Shown here piece by piece: positions 28,908 to 38,429 of a DNA stretch of 64,000 nt (its first letter is position 1; each line of letters starts with the position of its first letter). The notes under the pieces were generated by a model. It was given only the letters and a program-made list of their open reading frames with translations. It was not told the origin of the DNA and did not search any database. This stretch comes from Alphaproteobacteria bacterium. GTDB lineage: Bacteria > Pseudomonadota > Alphaproteobacteria > UBA2966. The position numbers were made by a program, and so were the translations under genes. The stretch spans positions 3,598,630-3,662,629 of the forward strand of contig OZ251449.1 of assembly GCA_965242505.1 (NCBI GenBank). Reading direction: 5' to 3'.

Positions 28908-30135
28908 GCCGGGCGCCGGGCGCCGGAGGGGGCCGCCGGCGGCGGCGGACCCCGGGTTCGCGGTCTACGTCCACTGGCCGTTCTGCGCCTCCAAGTGCCC
29001 GTACTGCGACTTCAACAGCCACGTCCGCGACGCGATCGACCAGGAGAGATGGGGCCGGGCCCTGATCGCCGATCTCGAAAGCGCCCTGGACGCCGCTCCG
29101 GCGGAGGTCGTCCGGCCCGCGGCGAGCGTGTTCTTCGGCGGCGGCACGCCGTCCCTGATGGCGCCGGAGACGGTGGACGGCGCGCTCGGCGCGCTCGCGC
29201 GGCGGGGCCTCGTGGACGGAGACGCCGAAGTGACGCTGGAGGCCAACCCCTCCTCGGCGGAGGCCGGGCGGTTCGCCGACTACCGCGCCGCCGGGGTCAA
29301 CCGGCTGTCCGTCGGGGTTCAGTCCCTCGACGACGGGGCGCTCCGCGCTCTCGGGCGCGCGCACGGCGCGGCGGAAGCCGTGGACGCCGTCGCGGCGGCC
29401 CGCGAGGCGTTCGATCGCGTGTCCTTCGACCTGATCTACGCCAGGGCGGGGCAGACGCCCCGTTCCTGGCGCGGCGAACTGGAGCGGGCCCTGGCGCTGC
29501 GCCCGACGCACGTCTCGCTCTACCAGTTGACGATCGAGCGGGGCACGCGGTTCCACGAGGCGTATGCGCGGGGGGAACTCGCGCCGCCGGGCGAGGACGA
29601 CGCGGCGGCGATGTACGAGGAGACGACGGCCCGCTGCCGGGCCGCGGGCCTCGACGCCTACGAGGTCTCGAACTTCGCGGCGCCGGGCGAGGAGTGCCGG
29701 CACAACCTGGTCTACTGGCGGTCGGGCGACTGGCTCGGGGTCGGACCCGGCGCCCATGGCCGCGCGGGACGGGGGGAGGGCCGGACCGCGACCCGCCGCT
29801 GGCGCAGTCCCGAGAAATGGCTGGGGGCCGTCGAGGGGGCGGGTTCGGGACTCGAGGCTTGGGAAACGCTGGACGCGCCCGCGCGCGCCGCCGAGGCGCT
29901 GATGATGGGGCTGCGCCTGACGGAAGGCGTGTCCGCCGAGCGTTTCGAGCGGACGGTCGGGCGGACCCTGGAGGAGTGCGTCGACGCCGGGCGCCTGCGG
30001 CGGCTCGTCCGCGGCGGCTTCCTCGAAACCTCGCGGACCGGCGCGCGGACGACGCCCCGGGGGCGCATGGTGCTGAACGCCGTGCTCGGCGAGCTCCTTC
30101 CGGAGGGCGGGTCCGGTCGCTCCGGACCGCCGTGA
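28888..30135 (+). CDS. hemW: radical-SAM heme chaperone HemW / coproporphyrinogen-III-oxidase-like
   Basis: CxxxCxxC ([10 protein letters not shown]) followed by HemN-like blocks; conserved rph-rdgB-hemW order; start may lie slightly downstream. Confidence 0.8.
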   Translation: MPASAAEPGAGRRRGPPAAADPGFAVYVHWPFCASKCPYCDFNSHVRDAIDQERWGRALIADLESALDAAPAEVVRPAASVFFGGGTPSLMAPETVDGALGALARRGLVDGDAEVTLEANPSSAEAGRFADYRAAGVNRLSVGVQSLDDGALRALGRAHGAAEAVDAVAAAREAFDRVSFDLIYARAGQTPRSWRGELERALALRPTHVSLYQLTIERGTRFHEAYARGELAPPGEDDAAAMYEETTARCRAAGLDAYEVSNFAAPGEECRHNLVYWRSGDWLGVGPGAHGRAGRGEGRTATRRWRSPEKWLGAVEGAGSGLEAWETLDAPARAAEALMMGLRLTEGVSAERFERTVGRTLEECVDAGRLRRLVRGGFLETSRTGARTTPRGRMVLNAVLGELLPEGGSGRSGPP

Positions 30136-30141
30136 CGTCGA

Positions 30142-30429
30142 TCAGTCGAAGGGCTTGTGGAGGCGGTGGCCGGATAGCGCCCCCAGGATCAACGGCGCCG
30201 ACGCGCCGATGTTGACCGCCAGAATCGGGTTCAGATCGACGCCTTCGGAGGCCCGGTGCGCGAGCACCAGCAGGCCGCCCATGAGGACCATGAATACGGT
30301 AACCCCCCAGTACGGCCAGCTCTTCGCGTAGTCGGGGATGCCTTTGTGGAGTTCCTCGCGGACGCGGAACCACTTGAGGGCCTCCGAGGCGATGCCGCCC
30401 ATGAGACCCCAGAAGAATTCCGTTCCCAT
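30142..30429 (-). CDS. small membrane protein (two predicted TM helices), hypothetical
   Basis: 95-aa ORF with hydrophobic segments; lower GC than the flanks. Confidence 0.4.
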   Translation of the reverse strand: MGTEFFWGLMGGIASEALKWFRVREELHKGIPDYAKSWPYWGVTVFMVLMGGLLVLAHRASEGVDLNPILAVNIGASAPLILGALSGHRLHKPFD

Positions 30430-30451
30430 GCGAGTCCCGTCCCGCGGGTGT

Positions 30452-30778
30452 TCAGAACGACTTGCTGGCGTAGACCTGAAGGTCGTCGATGATGTCCCGC
30501 ATCTTCATCGGGCGGGACTTCAACGTGTAGATGATCCGCCGATCCCGGGACATGCGCTGGCGTATCTCGGAGCGATGCTGGTCGAGAAGGCGTTTCACGC
30601 GTTCCGGTTCCAATCCGGTGTCTCTCACGATGCCCTCGACGGTCCTGAAGTCCCACTTCGGATCCTCGAGCGCCGAATGCACCCTGGACCATTCGTTCAT
30701 GTCCGCCACCTTTCCGCAACTCGAGCCGGCGCCCGGCAACCACCGTATCATGGTGTCCCGGTCCGGGGATTGCAACAT
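30452..30778 (-). CDS. hypothetical protein
   Basis: 108-aa ORF (possibly starting at the internal MNEWSR); adjacent to the small membrane protein. Confidence 0.35.
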   Translation of the reverse strand: MLQSPDRDTMIRWLPGAGSSCGKVADMNEWSRVHSALEDPKWDFRTVEGIVRDTGLEPERVKRLLDQHRSEIRQRMSRDRRIIYTLKSRPMKMRDIIDDLQVYASKSF

Positions 30779-30873
30779 TTCAGTCGCCGTTCGAAGGGCC
30801 TGGAGGCTCCGCCTCGTCCGGACGAGACACTCGAGCCGTTCCGGCTCGATGCGGGCCCGTCGCGGCGAGCCCG

Positions 30874-30920
30874 CGGCCTACGACGCGCCCGCCGGCGGCG
30901 CGAAGGCCTCCGGCGCCTCG
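30874..30920. repeat. 47-bp direct repeat, copy A (duplicate of lpoA 3' end)
   Basis: CGGCCTACGACGCGCCCGCCGGCGGCGCGAAGGCCTCCGGCGCCTCG, identical to 32673..32719. Confidence 0.85.
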
Positions 30921-30945
30921 CCGTCTCCCCGGGCCTCGGCGGACG

Positions 30946-31614
30946 TCAGCTCCAGACGTCCTCTTTCGCCTCCCAATACGCCTTGACCTCGCCGAACCGG
31001 TCGACCCTGTTCTGTATCTTGACGATCTCCCCTGGATAGAATGCGGCCATTGCCTCGCATAGTTGCAGCATCCACGCCCTCCGGGAGTATCGGTCCACTA
31101 CACGGATACGGTTGGCGTCGGCGATCTGGATTTGACCCCAGCCCAGCGCGCCAATGGTCAGACACGTCCAATCGATGAACTCGATGGGGGAAAACAAGAC
31201 CTCCGACACGTCGATCCGGGTCCCTTCGACGGCGTACCTGATCATGATGAGGGAAAAGACGTTGACGTCGGTTTCGTAAAAACGGGCGAGGCGCTCCACG
31301 GACGTCAGGTTGGGCATGCTGAATTTGGCGTCTTCCCGGTGCGTCTTGACGTCCACGACCGAATAGAAGCCTTCCTTGTCCGTGAACGCCATGTCCGCCA
31401 TGGCGCGGCGCGAGAAGTCGCTCGAGTATTCGCTGCACCAGTCTCCGAGAAAGCCGTCGAATTTCTCCGCCACGAGCGACTCCAGCGCGTCGCCGACCGC
31501 TCTCGGACTACCCGACGTCCGGGGAGAAAGAAAGTCCTGGTGCGCATTGACGTACTCCCTGATGGCCGAGGCCACTCCGTGACAATGCCCTTCGTAGTAG
31601 AAGCCCGACCTCAT
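30946..31614 (-). CDS. type II restriction endonuclease (PD-(D/E)XK)
   Basis: 222 aa from MRSGFYYEG; 14 nt downstream of the methyltransferase gene on the same strand; VVDVK catalytic-like block. Confidence 0.55.
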   Translation of the reverse strand: MRSGFYYEGHCHGVASAIREYVNAHQDFLSPRTSGSPRAVGDALESLVAEKFDGFLGDWCSEYSSDFSRRAMADMAFTDKEGFYSVVDVKTHREDAKFSMPNLTSVERLARFYETDVNVFSLIMIRYAVEGTRIDVSEVLFSPIEFIDWTCLTIGALGWGQIQIADANRIRVVDRYSRRAWMLQLCEAMAAFYPGEIVKIQNRVDRFGEVKAYWEAKEDVWS

Positions 31615-31628
31615 GAGAGAAGATCCGC

Positions 31629-32597
31629 TCAGTCCGAACGGGGACCGGGTTTCGCGCGTTGACCGGCGCGCGTGTTTCTCTCCCAGAATACGCCGTCTGC
31701 ATACCCCTGGATGGACGGATCGCGCCGCGCGGCGGCGATGCGCTTCAGCGCCCAGCACAGGTATTCGGCGTCGGCGTCGATCCCGCACCAGCGCCGCCCC
31801 AGTTTCTGGGCCACGACGGCGGTGGTGCCGCTGCCGAGGAACGGGTCGAAGACCAGATCCCCTTTCCTCGAACTCGCGAGAACGAGCTTCGCGATCAGCT
31901 TTTCCGGCTTCTGGGTGGGATGGTCGGTGTTTTCCGGCATCGACCAGAACGGAACCGTCACGTCGGTCCAGATGTTCGACGGGTGCGTGAGACGGTAGGC
32001 GCCGGCCTCTTCCCGTTCCCAGCCCTTCGGTTGCCCCTCCGTCCTGTAGGGCGCGAGGACCCGACGCTTCAGCTTCACCGCCCCGACGTCGAAGTGATAC
32101 CGGTTCGACATCGTGCAGAACCAGATGTCCTCCATGTTGTTCTTCCAGTTCGCCTGCGCGCCGCGTCCCTTTTCACGTTCCCAGGTGATCCTGTTCCGAA
32201 CATGGAATCTCGATTCCAGTATGGGCGAGATCAGCATGGAGGTTCGCCAGTCCGCGCACGCATACAGCGTGGCTTCCGGCTTCATCGCCGGAACCAGCGC
32301 ATCGACGACTTCGCGGAACCAGGATACGTAAGCGTCGCTCTCCCTTCTTCGGAACGGATTTCCGTTGAAGTTCCTGGACAGGTTGTAGGGAGGGTCGAGG
32401 ATCAGAAGATCGATGAACGCGGACGGCAGATGTCCCGCCACGTCGAATACGTCTCCCACGACGAGCCGGCCTTCGACGTCCCGCTGGGTTACGGGCGCTC
32501 CCACCCGCAGGAGTTCGGGGCGCAGGCGGGCGATTTCCTCGTCCGTGCACGACAGCGTCCGGTTTCCGGGCGCGCGTTTTCGCATGTGAACTGCCAT
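31629..32597 (-). CDS. type II DNA methyltransferase (beta-class N6A/N4C; DPPY motif IV, FDPFLGSGTT motif I)
   Basis: 322-aa ORF with canonical motifs; forms an M-R operon with 30946..31614. Confidence 0.8.
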   Translation of the reverse strand: MAVHMRKRAPGNRTLSCTDEEIARLRPELLRVGAPVTQRDVEGRLVVGDVFDVAGHLPSAFIDLLILDPPYNLSRNFNGNPFRRRESDAYVSWFREVVDALVPAMKPEATLYACADWRTSMLISPILESRFHVRNRITWEREKGRGAQANWKNNMEDIWFCTMSNRYHFDVGAVKLKRRVLAPYRTEGQPKGWEREEAGAYRLTHPSNIWTDVTVPFWSMPENTDHPTQKPEKLIAKLVLASSRKGDLVFDPFLGSGTTAVVAQKLGRRWCGIDADAEYLCWALKRIAAARRDPSIQGYADGVFWERNTRAGQRAKPGPRSD

Positions 32598-32672
32598 ATG
32601 GGGATGGGGTTCGTGGAGCAGGGGGGAGACGGCACGACCATCAGGGCCGCGGGCTCGAATCCCCTCGCCGCC

Positions 32673-32719
32673 CGGCCTACGACGCGCCCGCCGGCGGCGC
32701 GAAGGCCTCCGGCGCCTCG
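32673..32719. repeat. 47-bp direct repeat, copy B (native 3' end of lpoA-like gene)
   Basis: Identical to 30874..30920. Confidence 0.85.
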
Positions 32720-34143
32720 TCGATCACGCGGCGCCCCCGCGGCCCGATCTCGATCACCGCCAGCCCCCGTTCGGCGATGCCGTCGCGCCGGAAACGGAAT
32801 ATGCCGTCCACGCCGGCGAAGCCGCTGGGTTGGGTCAGCGCGGCCGCGGAGAAGTCCGGCTCCGCCGCGCCCCGCATGAGCGCCGCGGCGAGCGCCACCG
32901 CGTCGTAGGCGACGCTGGCTATCCGGGGCGGCGCGTAGCCGTGGCGCTCCTCGAAGCGTTTCGCGAACGCCGCCGCCGCTTCCGGCGGCGGGCCCGCGAA
33001 CCAGCCGCCGACCAGCGCGGGTTCCCGGCCCAGCATGGGTTCGTCCCAAAGACCGGTCCCGAGAAACCTGACCTCGGCGGGGTCGATGTCGTAGAAGGGA
33101 AGGAGAGGCGCGATGGCGCGCAGGCGCGCGCCCCCGTCCGCCAGCATGACGGCCCGGCGCTCCGGGGGAGCGGCCGTGAGGCCCTCGCGCCGCGGGAGCG
33201 CCGGGTCCCGGCGCCAGCCGTGGCCGGCCAGGCGGCGCACCGGTTCGAAATAGTCGTCCGCGTCCGGCGGGTAGCGCTCGATCCGGGAGATCCGACCGCC
33301 GTTCCTCAGGATCGAATCCTCGAACGCGGCGACGACGGCCTCGCCGTAGGACGTTTCCGGGGCGAGCGCGGCGAACCGCCGGATGCCGCGCCGGGCGGCG
33401 AACCCGACCACCCGCTCGACCTGCTGGTCGGGCATGAAACCGAGAAGATAGACCCCGTCCCCCGCCACGAGCGGGTCGGTGGAAAACGCGATGACGTTCA
33501 CGCCGCGTTCTCGCGCCGGCCCGGCGGCGGCGGCGGCGGCGGCGGCGAACACCGGCCCGAGGATCAACCGCGCGCCTTCCCGCAGCGCGGCTTCGGCGGC
33601 GGCGCGGGCGCCGTCGGGAGTCCCGCCCGTGTCCCGGGGAAGGAGGGTGAGCCGGGCATCGCCGATCTCGAACAGGGCGATCAACGCGGCGTCGAGCAGG
33701 GCCTGCCCGAGCGCCCGCTCTCCGCCCGAAAGCGGCAGCAGAAGCGCGATGCGGACGGGTCCCTCGGCGTCGGGGGGCGGCGTCGGCGCGACGGCCGGGG
33801 GGTCCTCCGCCGGCGTTTCCGCGACGACCGGCGGGACCGGCGAAACCGGCGGAACGGGCTCCGGCCCTCCCCGCGGACGGTTCCCGGCGTCGTCGTCCGT
33901 CGCGGGCGCCGGCTTCGTCCCGGTTTCCAGGACCGGCCGGCTCTGTCCGGGGTCTGGCCGATCGGGCGCTTGGGCGGGTAGTTTGGGCGGCGCGCACGCC
34001 GAAACCGCGAGGGCCGCAGCGAACCATGTCACGGCGAAGAACCGGCGGGCGATCCGGCGCCCGGACGTCGAGGATCGGCGCAACCGAGAGTCCCTCCGCG
34101 GTCCCTTTTCCCGACCGCGAACGTACTCCCCGCGCGCCGGCAA
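32677..34143 (-). CDS. lpoA: LpoA-like lipoprotein (penicillin-binding-protein activator; periplasmic-binding-protein type-1 fold)
   Basis: Lipobox AVSAC signal, Pro-rich linker, LIVBP-like domain; divergent from rsmI as at the E. coli lpoA/rsmI locus; start uncertain. Confidence 0.55.
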   Translation of the reverse strand: MPARGEYVRGREKGPRRDSRLRRSSTSGRRIARRFFAVTWFAAALAVSACAPPKLPAQAPDRPDPGQSRPVLETGTKPAPATDDDAGNRPRGGPEPVPPVSPVPPVVAETPAEDPPAVAPTPPPDAEGPVRIALLLPLSGGERALGQALLDAALIALFEIGDARLTLLPRDTGGTPDGARAAAEAALREGARLILGPVFAAAAAAAAGPARERGVNVIAFSTDPLVAGDGVYLLGFMPDQQVERVVGFAARRGIRRFAALAPETSYGEAVVAAFEDSILRNGGRISRIERYPPDADDYFEPVRRLAGHGWRRDPALPRREGLTAAPPERRAVMLADGGARLRAIAPLLPFYDIDPAEVRFLGTGLWDEPMLGREPALVGGWFAGPPPEAAAAFAKRFEERHGYAPPRIASVAYDAVALAAALMRGAAEPDFSAAALTQPSGFAGVDGIFRFRRDGIAERGLAVIEIGPRGRRVIDEAPEAFAPPAGAS

Positions 34144-34199
34144 GTAAACGACCGGAGCCGGAGCGGTCCGGCCCGGCGGCCGCGCCGGCCGGCCTGATC

Positions 34200-35036
34200 G
34201 TGGCCGCGACGCCGATCGGCAATCTGGGAGACGTCACCGTGCGGGCGCTGGAGACCCTGGAGCGGGTGGACGTCATCGCCTGCGAGGACACGCGCATCAC
34301 CCGCCGCCTCCTCGACCGCTACGGCATCGGCACGCCGACGCTCACCTATCACGAGCACAACGCGGAGCGCGTCCGGCCGCGCCTCGTCGCCCGGTTGGCG
34401 GACGGGGACTCCGTCGCCCTGGCGGCGGACGCGGGAACGCCCCTGATCTCCGATCCCGGGTTCAAGCTGGTCCGCGCGGCCATCGACGCCGGCGTGCCGG
34501 TGACGACCCTGCCCGGGCCGACCGCCATGGCCGCGGCGTTGACCGTCGGCGGGCTGCCCACGGACCGGTTCATGTTCGCCGGATTCCTGCCGAACAGGCC
34601 GGCGGCGCGGCGGCGGGAGCTGGAAGGGTTGCGCGGCGTCGACGCCACGCTGGTGTTCTACGAATCGCCCCGCCGCCTCGCCGCGGCGCTGGCGGACATG
34701 GCCGACGCGCTGGGGCCGCGCGAGGCCGCCGTGGCGCGCGAGCTGACGAAACGGCACGAGGACGTCGCGCGCGGCCTCCTCGGCGACCTGGCGCGGAGGG
34801 TCGCCGAGGCGCCGCCGCGGGGCGAGGTCACGGTCGTGGTCGGCCCGCCCGCGGAACGGGAGGTGGGAGACCGGGCGCTGGACGACGCGCTGCGGCGGGC
34901 GCTGGCGCGGTCCGGCCCGCGCGGCGCCGTCGACCGGGTGGTCGCGGACACGGGCGCGTCCCGCCGGCGCGTCTACCGGCGCGCGCTGGAGCTCCGGAAA
35001 CGGCTCCCGGCCGCCTCCGACGCGGACGGCGCGTAA
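34200..35036 (+). CDS. rsmI: 16S rRNA (cytidine1402-2'-O)-methyltransferase
   Basis: Tetrapyrrole-methylase fold (VAATPIGNLGD ... ACEDTR); GTG start at 34200 inferred, ORF opens at 34026. Confidence 0.8.
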   Translation: MAATPIGNLGDVTVRALETLERVDVIACEDTRITRRLLDRYGIGTPTLTYHEHNAERVRPRLVARLADGDSVALAADAGTPLISDPGFKLVRAAIDAGVPVTTLPGPTAMAAALTVGGLPTDRFMFAGFLPNRPAARRRELEGLRGVDATLVFYESPRRLAAALADMADALGPREAAVARELTKRHEDVARGLLGDLARRVAEAPPRGEVTVVVGPPAEREVGDRALDDALRRALARSGPRGAVDRVVADTGASRRRVYRRALELRKRLPAASDADGA

Positions 35037-35404
35037 TGCCGCGGGACGCGGCGGCGCGCCGCCGGCGGGAACGGGCCGGCCGCCTCGCGGAATCGTTCTG
35101 CGCCTGGCATCTGAGGCTCCGGGGATACGCCATCCTGGCCAGACGGTTCCGGGGCCCGGCCGGCGAGATCGACATCGTCGCCCGCCGGGGAAGCGCCGTC
35201 GTCTTCGTCGAGGTCAAGCTGCGGCGCACCGTGGCCGACGCGCTCGAGTCCGTGGGGCCGCGGCAACGGCGCCGGATCGCCGCGACGGCGGGGGTCTTTC
35301 TCGCCTCCCGGCCCTGGCTGTCCGGGCTCGACGCGCGCTTCGACGTCATGCTCGCGGTTCCGTGGCGGCTTCCCGTGCACGTCGCCGACGCATGGCGTGT
35401 ATAG
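35036..35404 (+). CDS. yraN: YraN-family (UPF0102) protein
   Basis: 122-aa ORF overlapping the rsmI stop; GEIDIVA ... VFVEVK motif. Confidence 0.8.
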   Translation: MPRDAAARRRRERAGRLAESFCAWHLRLRGYAILARRFRGPAGEIDIVARRGSAVVFVEVKLRRTVADALESVGPRQRRRIAATAGVFLASRPWLSGLDARFDVMLAVPWRLPVHVADAWRV

Positions 35405-35674
35405 CCGCCGCGCCGTTGACGGGCCGCGCCGCGCCAAGTTATCGTCCCTCTTGGCTGGCGCCGGAGTCACTATGTACCGCCCTTGCCTCATGCCTTCGGG
35501 AGAGCTCCGGGAAAGGCGGCCGGAACGGCGCCAGCCGCTTCTATCGGAGAACCGCCATGCCAAGTGACATTATGGATGGCGAGTCGGGCGCGGGAGCGAG
35601 GCGCTGCGCGTCGTGACGGCGCGTCGCGGCTCCCGTCGCCCGGAGCGGAGCTTCAGCCGGAGCGGAACACCACC

Positions 35675-36292
35675 ATGACGTCGCGCGCATCCCGCCGGGC
35701 CCGGACCGCCCTTCCGCCGCTTCTTCTGGCGGCGGCGCTCGGCGCCTGCGCCGCCCCCCCCTTCGTCGCCGGCGGCGCGGCGACCGTCGGGATCGCCGCC
35801 GTCCAGGAACGTTCGGTGGGCGCGGCGATCGACGACACGTCCATCCAGTTGCAGGTCAAGCACTACCTGTTGCAGGCCAGCGGCGACCTTTTCATCCGGG
35901 TGAGCAGCGAGGTCCACGAGGGGCGGGTCCTGCTGACCGGCGCCGTCCCCACCCCCGAGGACCGGGTCGAGGCGGTCCGGCTGGCCTGGCAGGCCGACGG
36001 CGTTCTGGAGGTTCTCAACGAGCTCCAGGTCGCCGACCGCGGCGGCGTCATCAGCTACCTGAAGGACGTGAGGATCACCGCGCAGTTGAGATACCAGATG
36101 CTGCGCGACCGCGACGTCTCCGACGTCAACTTCTCGGTCGAGACGGTGAACGGGATCGTCTATCTCATGGGGATCTCCCGCACGGAGGCGGAGCTCGAGA
36201 AGGTCACGATGCACGCGCGGAACATCGCCGGCGTGCGAAAGGTGATCAGCCACGTGCGCCTGAGCGGCGACTCGCGCCGCGGGAAGAGCTGA
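35675..36292 (+). CDS. BON-domain lipoprotein (OsmY/DolP-like)
   Basis: Start MTSRASRR with an LGAC lipobox; two BON domains; position matches E. coli yraP/dolP. Confidence 0.65.
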   Translation: MTSRASRRARTALPPLLLAAALGACAAPPFVAGGAATVGIAAVQERSVGAAIDDTSIQLQVKHYLLQASGDLFIRVSSEVHEGRVLLTGAVPTPEDRVEAVRLAWQADGVLEVLNELQVADRGGVISYLKDVRITAQLRYQMLRDRDVSDVNFSVETVNGIVYLMGISRTEAELEKVTMHARNIAGVRKVISHVRLSGDSRRGKS

Positions 36293-36323
36293 CGCCCGGC
36301 GGCGCGGCGGGCGGGCGGCGGCA

Positions 36324-37151
36324 TTGGACCCGAACGAGGCCGAGCGGATCCTGACGGAGGCGGAGAGCGATCCGGACCGGGCCGTCGACCTCGCGCTCAC
36401 GGCCCTGGCGCTGGCCGCCCTCGACCGCCCGCGGGTCTCGCTGGACCGCTACCGCCGGCATCTGGACGACCTCGCCGACGACACGGCGCGCCACGCCGGC
36501 GGGGCGGACGGCGCCGACGCGCGCGCCGCGGTCCTGGCCGGAGTCCTGGGGCGCGAGTACGGGTACGAAGGCGATCTGGCGACCTACGACGACCTCCAGA
36601 ACGCGAACCTGATGCGCGTGATCGACCGGCGCCGGGGACTGCCGGTCGCGCTCGGCATCCTCTACATCCATGCCGGGCGGGCCCAGGGGTGGCCGGTGGC
36701 CGGCGTCAACTTCCCCGGCCACTTCCTTCTGCGCGTGGAAGGGGGCGGTGGGCGCGCGATCCTCGACCCGTTCGCTCCCGAACGCAGACCGGGGGCGAAC
36801 GACCTGCGGGAACTGTTCAAGCGGCTCGCCGGAGAGGACGCGGAACTCGAGGCGCGTTTCTTCGACGCCGTCGGCGACCGCGACGTCCTGTTGCGGCTTC
36901 AGAACAACGTCAAGTCGCGCGCGCTCGGGTCGGGAGACGTCGTCCGCGCCGCGAACGTCGCGAGGTCGATGGTCCGGATCGCGCCGGAACACGCGAACGC
37001 CTGGTACGAGCTCGGGCTGCTCGAGGCGCGGACGGACAACCTCCGGTCGGCCGTCGCGGCGCTCGGGACGTTCCTGGAGAAATCCACCCACGACGCCGCC
37101 AGGCGCCGCGCGGCGGCGTTGATTCAGGAGCTGCGCGCCAGGCTGAATTGA
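36324..37151 (+). CDS. transglutaminase-like/TPR protein, SirB1 (YchA) family
   Basis: [10 protein letters not shown] block characteristic of UPF0162/SirB1. Confidence 0.55.
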   Translation: MDPNEAERILTEAESDPDRAVDLALTALALAALDRPRVSLDRYRRHLDDLADDTARHAGGADGADARAAVLAGVLGREYGYEGDLATYDDLQNANLMRVIDRRRGLPVALGILYIHAGRAQGWPVAGVNFPGHFLLRVEGGGGRAILDPFAPERRPGANDLRELFKRLAGEDAELEARFFDAVGDRDVLLRLQNNVKSRALGSGDVVRAANVARSMVRIAPEHANAWYELGLLEARTDNLRSAVAALGTFLEKSTHDAARRRAAALIQELRARLN

Positions 37152-37252
37152 GCGCGGCCGGCGGCTGGCCTATGTTCCGCCCGCGCGGAGGCCGGCGCCG
37201 GCGAGCGGGGCGCGCTCGCGGCCGGCCCTCGAAACCGGCGGGGAGATCCCGG

Positions 37253-38218
37253 ATGAGCCTTACCGTCGCAATTCAGATGGACCCCATGGAGTCCATCGAC
37301 ATCGACGCGGACAGCACCTTCGCGCTGGCGCTGGAGGCCCAGGCCCGCGGCCACGCGCTCCATCATTACCTGCCGCGGGACCTGAGCCTTCGGGAAGGCC
37401 GGGTCGTCGCCGCCGCCGCGCCGCTCGCCGTCCGCCGCGAGGCCGGCGGCCATTTCTCCCTGGGCGCCGCCGAATCCGTCGATCTCGCGGCCATGGACGT
37501 GGTGCTGATGCGCCAGGACCCGCCGTTCGACATGGCCTACGTCGCGGCCACCCACCTCCTCGAACACGTCCATCCCGAGACGCTGGTGGTCAACGACCCG
37601 GCGCACGTGCGCAACGCCCCGGAGAAGCTGTTCGTCACGCGCTTCGGCGAGCTCATGCCGCCCACCCTGATCACGGCGGACGCCGGGGAGATCCACGACT
37701 TCCGCGAGAGGCACGAGGACATCGTCATCAAGCCGCTGTTCGGGAACGGAGGCGCCGGCGTCTTCCACGTCGCCCCCGGGGACGAGAACCTCAACGCGCT
37801 CATCGAGATGTTCGCCGCATTCCACCGCGAACCCGTCATGGCGCAGAAGTACCTGCCGGCGATCCGCGAAGGGGACAAGCGGATCATCCTCGTGGAGGGG
37901 GAGGCCGTGGGCGGCGTGACCCGGGTTCCCAGGGAGGGCGAGGCCCGCGCCAACCTGCACGTCGGCGCCCGGCCGGAGAAGACCGCCATCACGGCGCGGG
38001 AGCGGGAGATCTGCGAGGCCATCGGACCGAGCCTGCGGGAGAACGGCCTCGTCTTCGTCGGCATCGACGTGATCGGCGGGTTCCTCACCGAGATCAACGT
38101 CACGTCGCCCACCGGCATCCAGGAGATCGACCGTTTCGACGGAGTCAACCTTTCGGGCCGGATCTGGGACGCGATCGAGGAGCGCCATCGCGCCCTCCCG
38201 AAGGCCGCGAAGACGTGA
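37253..38218 (+). CDS. gshB: glutathione synthetase
   Basis: Start [11 protein letters not shown] inside ORF 36689..38218; ATP-grasp GshB family. Confidence 0.85.
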   Translation: MSLTVAIQMDPMESIDIDADSTFALALEAQARGHALHHYLPRDLSLREGRVVAAAAPLAVRREAGGHFSLGAAESVDLAAMDVVLMRQDPPFDMAYVAATHLLEHVHPETLVVNDPAHVRNAPEKLFVTRFGELMPPTLITADAGEIHDFRERHEDIVIKPLFGNGGAGVFHVAPGDENLNALIEMFAAFHREPVMAQKYLPAIREGDKRIILVEGEAVGGVTRVPREGEARANLHVGARPEKTAITAREREICEAIGPSLRENGLVFVGIDVIGGFLTEINVTSPTGIQEIDRFDGVNLSGRIWDAIEERHRALPKAAKT

Positions 38219-38254
38219 GCGGCCGTTCGACAGGGGCCCGCCGACCGGCGGTCT

Positions 38255-38335
38255 CCCGTCCCCTCTTATTCTCCCTCCCCCTTGCAGGGGGAGGGTCGGG
38301 GTGGGGGTCGCGCCGGGGGGAGGAGCGCGAACGGA
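38255..38335. repeat. REP-like palindromic element
   Basis: Same family modules. Confidence 0.8.
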
Positions 38336-38429
38336 CCCTGCGCGCCGGACCGGACGCAGCCGGAAACCGCCCCTGATCGTTCCATTGACGCCCTGGCGAG
38401 GGCGTACTCGGAACCCGGAGGGAGTCGGC

